64,000 nt of DNA from positions 62,933-126,932 of the forward strand of contig CAMJKD010000002.1 in assembly GCA_946406315.1 (NCBI GenBank). Direction: 5' to 3'. Of the stretch, positions 1-9,060 are shown in pieces. Each line of letters opens with the position of its first letter. Position 1 is the first letter of the stretch. The translations under genes and the position numbers were made by a program. Source of the stretch: an uncultured Candidatus Saccharibacteria bacterium (GTDB lineage Bacteria > Patescibacteriota > Saccharimonadia > Saccharimonadales > Saccharimonadaceae). The notes beneath the pieces were generated by a model that worked only from the letters and a program-made list of their open reading frames with translations, ran no database searches and was not told the DNA's origin.

Positions 1-109
1 TAATGACGCAAACTTTTTGTCCGCGTTCTTCATAATTGAAAGCAACCTGCAAGAGCTGCATCGTTTTGCCGCAACCCATTGCGCCATATCTGAAATATAG
101 TTGTGCCAC
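1..109 (-). CDS. tdk: thymidine kinase, N-terminal part (gene continues left of the window)
   Basis: Minus-strand translation from GTG (107-109) gives VAQLYFRYGAMGCGKTMQLLQVAFNYEERGQKVCVI. This is a thymidine-kinase-type N-terminus with a GxxGKT P-loop. AGGAGG (complement of 115-120) lies 5 nt upstream. Confidence 0.7.
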   Translation of the reverse strand, partial: MAQLYFRYGAMGCGKTMQLLQVAFNYEERGQKVCVI

Positions 110-207
110 GTAATCCTCCTGTTGATAATAGTTTAGCATTAATTGTCTATTAAATCTGGATATTCGTAACCGCGTCGATCGTTTCTTGCTTGTGGTAGAA
201 TGTAAAT

Positions 208-1620
208 ATGAAGCTATTTAGACATGATAGTGAGAATGGAAAGAATGGGTCTTCTAATTCTGGATGGGAAGATATGGATAAGCCTATCGATAGAGAACGC
301 GAAAAGAATGCGCGCCAGGAGCGTAAAATAATTGCAGCGTTTGCTTATGGTCGGGATGGTTGGCCGGACACATCGATTATGAATGATAGAGATGTCGATG
401 TTAGTGATGATATGTATAATGCGGTTATCGATGGCATGATTGAGGGCAAGATTACGCGTGCGCAGGAGCGTGAATTATTGAGCCATATAAAAGGACCATG
501 TAATTACGAAAATGGCGTAGTTGATGTAACTAGAAAATTGAGCAATTATGATAAGCGAGTGTTAGCCGATATGACGAGTATTGGTTTTGACAATTGGAGG
601 AATGTCAATGAGAGTTGCGTGAGTGAATTTATGCAGAAATTTGAAACGCCGATTGAATTCACTATTGCATGTGAACGTTTTTTGGATGGGATTGAGGCTG
701 CAAATAATCTTGGTGAACGTCAAAAGTACGAGCGCGCATTGGCGGATTTTCGTATGAAGGTTTATGGTAAGCGCGAGGAGTATTGGCAACGAATTCAAAG
801 CTTAGAAGATGAGGCGCACAAGCGTAGTCAATCGGCGCAAAATGTTGCAGTGCCACAACCGAGTGACTACCGTAGCTATGAAAACGAGCGTAGTCAAGAG
901 TGGCAGCCGGGTGAGGCTGGTTTTTGGCAGACATCAAGGGCGCAGGCACGTGACGGTTTAGTAACGAAAAAGAATATAGAGCAAGGGATGTGGGCTACGG
1001 ATGACTGTGAGGATAGTTATTTTGTTCGCCCAGATCAGCAATTTTATGGCGTATTTGATGGTGCTGGTGGTCATGAGGGCGGGCGCGAAGCGTCAAGAAT
1101 GGTGGCTGATGTAGTGCGTGAATGTAGCGACCGATATTCATTAGAAAATGGTAGCCATCTAGCATTTGTATTAAACAGAGCGAATGAGCGAGTGGCAAGA
1201 GATCCAAGAGCTGGCATATCGACTGCCGTATTGACGAAAGTAGTTAGAATTGATGGACGCCTAAAATTGGCTTATGCTTCGGTCGGTGATTCCCGAATTT
1301 ATGTCGTAGACAAAGAAGGTAATGCTCGACTTATCACGCGGGATGAAGGCGAAGGTAGGTATCTCTATAACGCAATTGGTGACGGCGATGGTAGCAAGGG
1401 TTGTACGCGGCAATACGGCGAGATTGACTTACATAAAGGCGATCGTGTCGTGCTCTGTTCGGATGGCATTACGGGTGACTATGGTGAAGATTTAATGAGC
1501 GAGCGCGAGTTGGGTTTTATCGTGAGCCGTTCTCGGGATGCGCGAAATGCATCGCAAAATTTGATTGCAAATGCACGTAAAAAAGACGATCGTACGGCGA
1601 TTGTGTTTGGCGAATTCTGA
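208..1620 (+). CDS. PP2C-family Ser/Thr protein phosphatase with an uncharacterised N-terminal region of about 260 aa
   Basis: The C-terminal 210 aa carry PP2C motifs: YGVFDGAGGHEGGREAS, SVGDSRIYVV, LCSDGITG and DDRTAIVF. The N-terminal half has no motif I recognise. Confidence 0.7.
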   Translation: MKLFRHDSENGKNGSSNSGWEDMDKPIDREREKNARQERKIIAAFAYGRDGWPDTSIMNDRDVDVSDDMYNAVIDGMIEGKITRAQERELLSHIKGPCNYENGVVDVTRKLSNYDKRVLADMTSIGFDNWRNVNESCVSEFMQKFETPIEFTIACERFLDGIEAANNLGERQKYERALADFRMKVYGKREEYWQRIQSLEDEAHKRSQSAQNVAVPQPSDYRSYENERSQEWQPGEAGFWQTSRAQARDGLVTKKNIEQGMWATDDCEDSYFVRPDQQFYGVFDGAGGHEGGREASRMVADVVRECSDRYSLENGSHLAFVLNRANERVARDPRAGISTAVLTKVVRIDGRLKLAYASVGDSRIYVVDKEGNARLITRDEGEGRYLYNAIGDGDGSKGCTRQYGEIDLHKGDRVVLCSDGITGDYGEDLMSERELGFIVSRSRDARNASQNLIANARKKDDRTAIVFGEF

Positions 1621-1676
1621 AAAAAGGTGTTATAATATCTCGGCTACTTTAGTGTTCTTTGAAAAGAGGTGATATT

Positions 1677-1997
1677 ATGGTTGAATTTAGTGAATTTGAG
1701 CGCAATCTGATTGAGATTTTAATGTTGCTCTACGGTTTGTCTGAAGAAGAGGCGAAACAGGCGGTAATTGACGAGCGCTTAGAACGATTTGGAGATATAG
1801 ATCATCAATTAACAGGAGAAGACCAGCGCGGCGTCCGCAGGGAACGATTGACTCCGATTTCTAAAGATCCGGAAGAGTTTCGAAAAGTCATTTCGTTTCG
1901 GGAGCATATAGGTGAGGATGTTTGGCGCGTGTTAGGTGGTGATCGCGCAAACCGGCGCCTGCTTGCGATGGCGATTGATTACATCTATAAGTCATAA
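1677..1997 (+). CDS. hypothetical small protein
   Basis: The ORF starts most plausibly at ATG 1677, after the AGAGGTGA RBS. It has no recognisable motif. Confidence 0.4.
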   Translation: MVEFSEFERNLIEILMLLYGLSEEEAKQAVIDERLERFGDIDHQLTGEDQRGVRRERLTPISKDPEEFRKVISFREHIGEDVWRVLGGDRANRRLLAMAIDYIYKS

Positions 1998-2008
1998 AAC
2001 CTCAAATT

Positions 2009-2033
2009 AAAAAGTGCCCCGATTATTCGGGGC
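2009..2033. terminator. bidirectional intrinsic terminator between convergent genes
   Basis: Hairpin GCCCCGA-TTAT-TCGGGGC (2016-2033) is flanked by an A-run on the left, which reads as a T-run for hisS on the minus strand. A weaker T tract lies on the right. Confidence 0.5.
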
Positions 2034-2038
2034 AACTT

Positions 2039-3325
2039 TTATGGGTCGATAGTGTCGCCAGTTTTGAGATTTTTAGCTTTATATTGTCCACTAATTATTT
2101 CGTCATTACCAATTACGATGGCGTAGTCGGAAATTTTACTAGCACGATTAAACTTATCGCCAAGCTTGCGGTCGGATAAATCAACGTCGACTAGTTTCCC
2201 CCGTTCACGTAGTTGGTTGGCGAGTTCGAAGCTGGCTTCATATTCATTTGCGCTGATTGGTAAAATAATATAATCAATTGGCTGTTTAGCTTCGATATTC
2301 AATAGATTAAATTCACGCAAAATAAAGAATAGCCGCGTCAGACCAATAGAGCCGCCAACGCCTGGAAATTTTTGGTCAGTAAAGTTGCTAGCGAGATTTT
2401 CATAGCGACCGCCACCAGAAATACTGCCAATTTCACGATAATCCTCGAGTACGATTTCGTAAACGGTGCCAGTATAATAATCCAGTCCACGAATAATCAT
2501 AAAGTCAATAATGCAATTGTCGGTGCCTTTTTGGGTGAGAATATCAAAAACGGTTTTGAGCTCGGCGAGACCTTCGGCTACTGGTGAAATATCGCCCATA
2601 ATTTCTTTCAGCTTCGCCTCGACTTCTTCATAATTGCCGTGCGTAAACATGAACGCTGTAACTTTATTAACTTGCTCGTCGGTAAGCTTGAGTTTACGTA
2701 AAGCCTCTGTACTCTTGTCGGTCGAGACTTTTTCGGCGTGATCGATAACGTTAGAAATATCACTGGTTTTTTGGGATAAACCGAGCGATTCTAGGAAGCC
2801 AGCTAAAACCTTGCGGTTGCTAATGCGAATGAGCATTTTTGGGAGATTGAAGGTCTTTAATGCGTCGTGGATGCAGGCGATAACTTTTGCATCATAGGCG
2901 ATTGGGAGTTTTTCGCGACCGACAATATCGGCATCGCATTGATAGAATTCGCGGAAGCGACCACGTTGGGCGCGTTCGCCGCGGAAATTGCGATTAATTT
3001 GAGTGACTTGGAATGGAAAAGCTAAATCATTGTTGTGCTCGACGACATAACGCGCGAGTGGTACGGTGTGATCGAAACGTAAAGCCTGATCGGCAGAATC
3101 GGCAGATTCGGCAGTTTTACTGACCATGTAGATTTGCTTTTCCGTATCGCCGCCAGCTTTTGCAAATAATATATCTGTACGTTCGATGATTGGCGTTTCG
3201 ATACTTAAAAAGCCATAATGATGATATACGTCGCTAATATTTTGCTTGAGCTGGTCAAAAACTGCCTGCTCGGTTGGTAGTAGTTCTTGCATGCCAGAAA
3301 GTGGCGACGTATTAAATTTCTTCAT
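2039..3325 (-). CDS. hisS: histidine--tRNA ligase
   Basis: 428-aa ORF with class II aaRS / HisRS motifs: LPTEQAVF, FRGERAQRGRFREFYQCD, GGGRYENL and a GVGGSIGLTRL-type motif 3. Confidence 0.9.
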   Translation of the reverse strand: MKKFNTSPLSGMQELLPTEQAVFDQLKQNISDVYHHYGFLSIETPIIERTDILFAKAGGDTEKQIYMVSKTAESADSADQALRFDHTVPLARYVVEHNNDLAFPFQVTQINRNFRGERAQRGRFREFYQCDADIVGREKLPIAYDAKVIACIHDALKTFNLPKMLIRISNRKVLAGFLESLGLSQKTSDISNVIDHAEKVSTDKSTEALRKLKLTDEQVNKVTAFMFTHGNYEEVEAKLKEIMGDISPVAEGLAELKTVFDILTQKGTDNCIIDFMIIRGLDYYTGTVYEIVLEDYREIGSISGGGRYENLASNFTDQKFPGVGGSIGLTRLFFILREFNLLNIEAKQPIDYIILPISANEYEASFELANQLRERGKLVDVDLSDRKLGDKFNRASKISDYAIVIGNDEIISGQYKAKNLKTGDTIDP

Positions 3326-3340
3326 AGCTATATTATATAG

Positions 3341-4471
3341 CTATTCATCAATCTTATCTATAATCTCTTGTACCTTTGCGATTTCTTTAACGAATGATTC
3401 TTTTGAATCTGGAGTACTAGTAGAAATGATGATGTCGATTGTCGCGTCGTTGTCATAGTAGTAACGGAAGCCTGGCATATTGTTGTACGTGAAGCTGCCG
3501 ATTCGCGGTTCTTTTGATGCGTCAGTAATAGCTACGCCTTCGATGCGTTTGTGAAAGATGTAGATATTATTATTTGTTTTGTCACTCGTATATTCAATTT
3601 TTATATATTGATGATTGACTTCGGTAATGTTTTCGTAAGATTTTACGCGTTTTTTGTTTGGCAGTTTGAAGAAGGTTGCGACATCGTAAACGTAAGGTTT
3701 TTTGCTTTCGCCAGACATAGTCATGGCGGCTTTAACCATAATGTTGCGCATAGTAGCTTCTTTAATGTTGTCGGTGGCAGTATAGCTATTTACGGTAGTA
3801 TATTTGAAGAGAATGTTATCACTTTTGCTATAGAAGGAGTAAACTGTATGAGCTATTTTGTCTGATTCGACTTTCGATTGAGAAGTAAATAAAGTTTTGG
3901 CGCCTTCAATATAGTCGCTTTCGCAGTCTTTGGCTTTTGTGCACTCTTTATCTATGCTTTGGATGTCTTTGTTGGCGATTTCGATAGCGATTGGAATATC
4001 CTTAATATCTTCATGCGTAACAAAAACTTGTAGAAGCTCATTGGGAGTATTAGTAGAAACGCGTTTGAATTTAACTGTTGGTGAGGCTGAAAAAGTATAT
4101 TTCCCTTCCTCGTCAAGGGTAATACCATTGTTTAAATCGTCGGCGGTGTATTCTTTTTTGGCGAGACGATCTTTGGCGGCATAAATAGTTTCGACATGAG
4201 GTTCTTCGGTGGTAGGATTTTCGGATGTTTCAGAATCATTTTGTTTTGGCTGCTCTGAATTGTTGCTATTGCTAATAATGACCGCTGCGACAATGACTGC
4301 GATTGCAACTACGATAGCTACGATTGTGATAATAATTGGAAAAAGATTTCTCTTCTTTTTCTCTGGTTTTGGCGTAATCGAAGTAGGTTCTGGCGCTGGT
4401 TGTGTGTTATTTATAGATTCGTTGGGCATATTCGCCGTTGCTTCGCCAAAAGGAATTTGGTTTGGATCCAT
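3341..4471 (-). CDS. type II membrane-anchored hypothetical protein
   Basis: Pro-rich N-terminal tail, basic KKKR, a single TM segment (LFPIIITIVAIVVAIAVIVAAVII), then about 300 aa of extracytoplasmic domain. Confidence 0.5.
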   Translation of the reverse strand: MDPNQIPFGEATANMPNESINNTQPAPEPTSITPKPEKKKRNLFPIIITIVAIVVAIAVIVAAVIISNSNNSEQPKQNDSETSENPTTEEPHVETIYAAKDRLAKKEYTADDLNNGITLDEEGKYTFSASPTVKFKRVSTNTPNELLQVFVTHEDIKDIPIAIEIANKDIQSIDKECTKAKDCESDYIEGAKTLFTSQSKVESDKIAHTVYSFYSKSDNILFKYTTVNSYTATDNIKEATMRNIMVKAAMTMSGESKKPYVYDVATFFKLPNKKRVKSYENITEVNHQYIKIEYTSDKTNNNIYIFHKRIEGVAITDASKEPRIGSFTYNNMPGFRYYYDNDATIDIIISTSTPDSKESFVKEIAKVQEIIDKIDE

Positions 4472-4558
4472 ATTGTGTATTATAACTTAAGAGTATGCGG
4501 ATGTGGTAGATTTTGCGTTTCCCTTTTGAGGTGAATTATGCTATACTAAGTGAAGTGC

Positions 4559-4634
4559 GGCTCTGTAGCTCAGTTGGTAGAGCAGAGGCCTGAAGAGCCT
4601 TGTGTCGACGGTTCAAGTCCGCCCGGAGCCACCA
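4559..4634 (+). tRNA. tRNA-Phe (anticodon GAA), CCA encoded
   Basis: I folded a 76-nt cloverleaf by hand. Acceptor GGCTCTG/CGGAGCC; D arm GCTC..GAGC; anticodon stem GAGGC/GCCTT with loop CTGAAGA; variable region GTGTC; T arm GACGG-TTCAAGT-CCGCC with one A-C mismatch; discriminator A plus CCA. Confidence 0.9.
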
Positions 4635-4647
4635 GATTATAAGAAAC

Positions 4648-4669
4648 TCGGCGTTTTCGCCGATTTTTT
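4648..4669 (+). terminator. intrinsic terminator after tRNA-Phe
   Basis: Hairpin TCGGCG-TTTT-CGCCGA followed by TTTTTT. Confidence 0.6.
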
Positions 4670-5066
4670 AGTAGTATTTTCCTTTAAGTGATGATTCGTG
4701 AAAGAATTATTTAAACGTACGATAGCGTCGATTATTATTATGCTTAATCCATTTGAGGCTGTAATTTCATTTACGACGCTTCTCGGTGTTATTATTATGA
4801 TTCATGTTGCCATTTGCGTTATTGACATGCTTATGATTAAGAAGGATGTTAGGAATTTGCCGAAAGCCTTCGAGAAATTTATTAAAGATACGAATTAATA
4901 AAATACTGCCCTAATTACGAGCAACTCAATTGGGGTGGTTTTTGTGGCAAATATTGTAGTTATGTGGTTTTATTATATAATTATTTTGAATCCTTAAATA
5001 TTTCAATTCCTAAGGAAGCGTAGTAAAGGGTTAGGTCTTTTATATTAGAAAGGAAGGTGTGTCTTA

Positions 5067-5690
5067 TTGGATAAGAAGTATTTGCAACTTGTACGTGATA
5101 TTAGGGACGCTGTTCGTGAGAAGGCGCAGGAAATACCCGAATTTCGCGATGACGGCAATGGTTGTGTTCGCGTTTTGTTTCGTCCGTATTGCAAAGAAGC
5201 GGATGACGATTTTGGTGGGTTAAGCGATTTTCGCTTTCATGATATTGCAGACTACGAATTCACATTTGCGATTACGCCTGGCGGAAGTCGTGTTATATCG
5301 TATGATACTAGTGATAGCGATGAGCGCAAGGTTGATTGTTATGCTTTCTCGGCTTTGAAAATCGCTCATTGCTCTGCAGCTCAGGATATGGATGAGGGAT
5401 TGCTTTCAGGCATCATAAAAGATCCGAATCTTACGGAAGAGTGTGGCTATGGTCCGTATGCTGGTGCTTTATGTGTTGAAGTGGAACGGATTAATACTGC
5501 TCAGGATACTGATGGTTTCTTTTCTTATACTAGTGAAAAGAAATATTGCAATATCTACGTCTCCGTGTCTGGCGCTGATTCTTTGTCCGATTTGCGTTGT
5601 GCGTTTGCGGCGATTGATGTAATCGTTGATTTTTTTGCTTCGACAACGGATAGCTTTAAGTATCATTATCCATCGTTTCCAGCTAAATGA
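5067..5690 (+). CDS. hypothetical protein
   Basis: 207-aa ORF with a TTG start after GAAAGGAAGG. No recognisable motif. Confidence 0.4.
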   Translation: MDKKYLQLVRDIRDAVREKAQEIPEFRDDGNGCVRVLFRPYCKEADDDFGGLSDFRFHDIADYEFTFAITPGGSRVISYDTSDSDERKVDCYAFSALKIAHCSAAQDMDEGLLSGIIKDPNLTEECGYGPYAGALCVEVERINTAQDTDGFFSYTSEKKYCNIYVSVSGADSLSDLRCAFAAIDVIVDFFASTTDSFKYHYPSFPAK

Positions 5691-5765
5691 GCGGGAGATA
5701 AGTTGATTATCTTTGATTTTCCTTTTTATGAATAACTTTGAAGTTCGGCTTTGGTCGAACTTCTT

Positions 5766-6161
5766 TTATTGGTCATACTTTTGATTTAGTAGGGTAACCC
5801 AACCATTCTTTGACATTTCGTCGATTTCGTCATAACAACCGCATTTTTTGTCTGGCCATTGGTAAAGATAGATATTTAAGTTTTCACCGTTCATTTTACG
5901 AACGACTAGATTGGACATTTCGGCGAATGTTTCGTAGCCGATATATCCTTTGATGCCTTTTTTATCTAAGTTTAGGACGAAAATATCATCGGCGTTTAGT
6001 AGTTCTTTATAGTAACATTCGTATAACTCGCGCCAAGTTTGAGGGTCATCATCTCTTTTAGGGTAAGATAAAACTTTATAGCCACTTTTCTCGAATTTTT
6101 TCTTATAAGATAGAGCTTCTTTCCAGAAACTCGAGGATCCGGCGATGATCATTTTACGCAT
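5766..6161 (-). CDS. hypothetical protein (small Rossmann-like; possibly nucleoside 2-deoxyribosyltransferase-like)
   Basis: The ORF most likely starts at MRKMIIAGSSSF. The functional call rests only on a weak pattern resemblance. Confidence 0.3.
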   Translation of the reverse strand: MRKMIIAGSSSFWKEALSYKKKFEKSGYKVLSYPKRDDDPQTWRELYECYYKELLNADDIFVLNLDKKGIKGYIGYETFAEMSNLVVRKMNGENLNIYLYQWPDKKCGCYDEIDEMSKNGWVTLLNQKYDQ

Positions 6162-6242
6162 AAAACAACTCAGGGTGCTTGCGCGTCTTAATGGTGCGCT
6201 GTTCAAGTTTGCTATTCATTTTTACATTGTATCGTAAATAAG

Positions 6243-6268
6243 AAAAAGCGCCTAGTCGAGCTAGGCGC
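6243..6268 (-). terminator. intrinsic terminator after the Gly/Pro/Met-rich ORF
   Basis: On the minus strand: GCGCCTAG-CTCGA-CTAGGCGC followed by TTTTT. Confidence 0.55.
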
Positions 6269-6281
6269 AGGTGGTTGCGTT

Positions 6282-6548
6282 TTAGTAGATGATATCGGCG
6301 AGAAACTCACCAAGGCGCTCGATGAGACTCTTTTTGCCTTTGGGATCTTTCTGCGTCCCGCCGTCGCCCCCGTGTGGGTGCGGAGAGAAGAAGAAGCCCA
6401 TAAAGCCGCCGCGCATTGGTCCCATCGGACCCATTGGGCCGCCACCCATCGGACCCATTGGACCGCCAGGTCCGCGACCGCCCATTGGGCCACCGCCAGG
6501 ACCGTGACCGAAAAACGCAATATTGCCATAAAGAGCGATTTCTGCCAT
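6282..6548 (-). CDS. small Gly/Pro/Met-rich repeat protein
   Basis: ATG 6548 is preceded by AAGGGGG. The protein reads MAEIALYGNIAFFGHGPGGGPMGGRGPGGPMGPMGGGPMGPMGPMRGGFMGFFFSPHPHGGDGG... and is followed by a terminator. The repeat makes spurious ORFs open in all six frames. Confidence 0.5.
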   Translation of the reverse strand: MAEIALYGNIAFFGHGPGGGPMGGRGPGGPMGPMGGGPMGPMGPMRGGFMGFFFSPHPHGGDGGTQKDPKGKKSLIERLGEFLADIIY

Positions 6549-6777
6549 CGTTGGCACCCCCTTTCAAAATATAATAGGTATATTTTACAATAAATACTGC
6601 ATATTTGCAAGAATGAAGATTTTAGGCTTAATATAGGTTGGAAAAGTGCCAAATAATGAATTATACTGAAATAAAGGTGGGCGGTGAAAATGAAATCAGA
6701 AGCTCATCAGGAGTATTAGCTATGATTTAAGAATATCCTCGCAATGGTGAAAATATATTTGAAAGGAGTTTTTTCTG

Positions 6778-8139
6778 ATGAAAGATAATAAAATATTCGA
6801 TTTAATCGAAGCGGAAAAACAGCGCCAAAGTGAAGGACTTGAGTTGATTCCGAGCGAAAACTATGTCTCGCGTGAAGTCTTGGATGCGATGGGGTCGGTA
6901 TTTACGAACAAATATTCTGAGGGCTATCCGGGGTTTGAACATCTCGATGGTTCGGATGATGAAGTATTGTCAGTTGAGCCAGCAAATCATCGTTATTATG
7001 GCGGTCAGCAGAATACCGATAAGGTTGAGCGTCTAGCAATAGCACGTGCGCGTAGGCTTTTTCATGCTGATCATGCAAATGTGCAGCCACATTCTGGCGC
7101 GCAAGCAAATAATGCCGTCTATAACGCTTGGCTGAAGCCGGGTGACACGGTATTAGGCATGAATCTTGGTCATGGCGGTCATTTGACGCACGGTTCTCCA
7201 GTAACGCAAAGTGCGAAAATCTATAATTTCGTGGCTTATGGTACTAATCCGGAAACTGGCGATATTGATTATGACGAGTTGGAGAAATTGGCGATTCAGT
7301 ATCAGCCAAAGATTATTCTGATTGGATATTCGGCCTTTTCGAAGATTCCGGATTTTGATCGTGTCGTAAAAATTGGTCAAAAAATCCCAGATTGTTTATT
7401 AATGGCAGATATGGCACATGTTGCGGGGTTAATTGCGGGTGGTGCACATCCGAATCCGCTAGACCACGGTTTTCATGTTATGACAACCACGACGCATAAA
7501 ACTTTGCGCGGTCCACGTGGTGGTTTGATTTTGAGTCGTGGCACGGTCGGTAGTCCGCTTAAGAAGCCGGAGCATACCCTTGAAAATATCCCAACCCTGA
7601 TTGATCGTTCTGTATTTCCGGGTACGCAAGGTGGACCATTAATGCATATTATTGCTGCAAAAGCGGTGGCATTTTATGAAGCTGAGCAGGTGTCGTTTCA
7701 AAATTATGCACATGATATCGTAAGTAATGCGAAAGTATTAGCCGATACTTTGACGACGCATGGTTTCAAGATTGTCGGCGGAGGCACCGAGAACCATCTG
7801 ATTTTGATTGATATGATGAGTTCGTTTGGTATAGATGGCAAAATTATGGAAGTCATGATGGATAAGGTTGGTTTAACTTTAAATGCGAATGCAATTCCGA
7901 ATGATACTTTGCCACCATTCACGCCGTCAGGCATTCGTTTGGGGACGGCAGCGATAACGACGCGTGGCATGAGTCGAGCTGAAATGATTAAGATTGGCGA
8001 CTGGATGCGTCGTTTAGCGGAAATATGTGTTGAGATTCATGACGGCAAAAAAACAGAGTCATCGTTTGCAAATGAACTTGAAGCAATTCGCGAAGAAGTG
8101 CGTCAGATCGCAGAAATATTCCCCGTTCCAGGTATTTAG
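6778..8139 (+). CDS. glyA: serine hydroxymethyltransferase
   Basis: 453-aa ORF with SHMT hallmarks: LELIPSENY, YGG, VQPHSGAQAN, and TTTTHKTLRGPRGG containing the PLP lysine. Confidence 0.95.
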   Translation: MKDNKIFDLIEAEKQRQSEGLELIPSENYVSREVLDAMGSVFTNKYSEGYPGFEHLDGSDDEVLSVEPANHRYYGGQQNTDKVERLAIARARRLFHADHANVQPHSGAQANNAVYNAWLKPGDTVLGMNLGHGGHLTHGSPVTQSAKIYNFVAYGTNPETGDIDYDELEKLAIQYQPKIILIGYSAFSKIPDFDRVVKIGQKIPDCLLMADMAHVAGLIAGGAHPNPLDHGFHVMTTTTHKTLRGPRGGLILSRGTVGSPLKKPEHTLENIPTLIDRSVFPGTQGGPLMHIIAAKAVAFYEAEQVSFQNYAHDIVSNAKVLADTLTTHGFKIVGGGTENHLILIDMMSSFGIDGKIMEVMMDKVGLTLNANAIPNDTLPPFTPSGIRLGTAAITTRGMSRAEMIKIGDWMRRLAEICVEIHDGKKTESSFANELEAIREEVRQIAEIFPVPGI

Positions 8140-8153
8140 TTAGGGGTTCTTTT

Positions 8154-8759
8154 CTATAGATTTGTGCGATTCTTTAATGCTGACGTGAGAGTGATTTGAT
8201 CTGCATATTCAAGTGAAATGCCGAGCGGAAGACCGCGTGCTAGACGGGTGATTTTGAGTTCTGGATATTTTTCGTGTAATAGTTTTTCGAGTAAAACTGC
8301 GGTCGACTCCCCTTCTACGGACGGATTGGTGGCGATAATGATTTCGTCGACGGAGTCTTTTTTGACGCGGTCGATTAATTCTTTAATATGAAGCTTGTCG
8401 GCCGTAATGCCATCCATTGGTGAAATAGCGCCGCCAAGTACATGGTAAGTACCTTTGAAAGCTTTAGTGTGTTCGATTGCGTAAATATCTAGCGGTTCTT
8501 CGACGACTAGGACGATGCTTTTGTCGCGCGTAGGGTCATCGTAGAGTGGCGAAACTTCCTCGCTGGCGTCCATAATAGCAAAAGTGACTGGGCAACTCTT
8601 GACGCCAGAATGAAGATTTTGGAGCGAGTTAGCGATTTTTTCCGAAATGTTACTATCGGATTTTAGCAAAAAATAAGCATAGCGTTCGGCTGTGCGCGAG
8701 CCAACACCAGGAAGGCGCCCGAGAGCGTCGATTAAATCATTAAGTGCGCCTGGGAGCAT
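8154..8759 (-). CDS. recR: recombination protein RecR
   Basis: LPGVGSRTAERYAYFLL helix-hairpin-helix motif and a Toprim-like VVEEPLD...ATNPSVEGE segment. Classic position downstream of ybaB. Confidence 0.92.
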   Translation of the reverse strand: MLPGALNDLIDALGRLPGVGSRTAERYAYFLLKSDSNISEKIANSLQNLHSGVKSCPVTFAIMDASEEVSPLYDDPTRDKSIVLVVEEPLDIYAIEHTKAFKGTYHVLGGAISPMDGITADKLHIKELIDRVKKDSVDEIIIATNPSVEGESTAVLLEKLLHEKYPELKITRLARGLPLGISLEYADQITLTSALKNRTNL

Positions 8760-8761
8760 AA

Positions 8762-9058
8762 TTACATGCCGAGACTACCAAGTGAGCCCATAAGCGGCTT
8801 CATCTTGTCGGTTGCGATTTCTTGCGCTTTTGCATAACCGTCGCGCATGGCGTTTTCGATCCAGCGTTCCAGTTCGTGAATGTCGTCGAGGTCGATTTTT
8901 TCTGGGTCGAGTTCGACTTTCTTGATTTTTAATTCACCAGTAATTTGAATTACAACAGCACCGTCGCCTGCTTCGACTTCGACGATTTCGTTCTTAAGTT
9001 CCTTTTGCGTCTTGCGCAATTGGTTGATCATTTTCATTTGGTCCATTGTTTGACCCAT
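8762..9058 (-). CDS. ybaB: YbaB/EbfC family nucleoid-associated protein
   Basis: 98-aa protein (QMKMINQLRKTQKEL...VEAGDGAVVIQITGELKIKKVELDPE). Typical size, sequence pattern and ybaB-recR synteny. Confidence 0.85.
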   Translation of the reverse strand: MGQTMDQMKMINQLRKTQKELKNEIVEVEAGDGAVVIQITGELKIKKVELDPEKIDLDDIHELERWIENAMRDGYAKAQEIATDKMKPLMGSLGSLGM

Positions 9059-9060
9059 AC

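Noticed and set aside
6212-6652. Five overlapping ORFs on both strands (6212-6652, 6289-6507, 6307-6567, 6372-6593 and others).
   Set aside because: They are artefacts of the GC-rich GPM repeat, which lacks stop codons in every frame. Only the frame with an RBS (6548) and a terminator is plausible.
6560-6777. Possible riboswitch (ZTP, THF or glycine) in the 218-nt region upstream of glyA.
   Set aside because: No conserved riboswitch core sequences were recognised. Only a plausible promoter was found (TTGCAA-17-TTAATA at 6605-6633).
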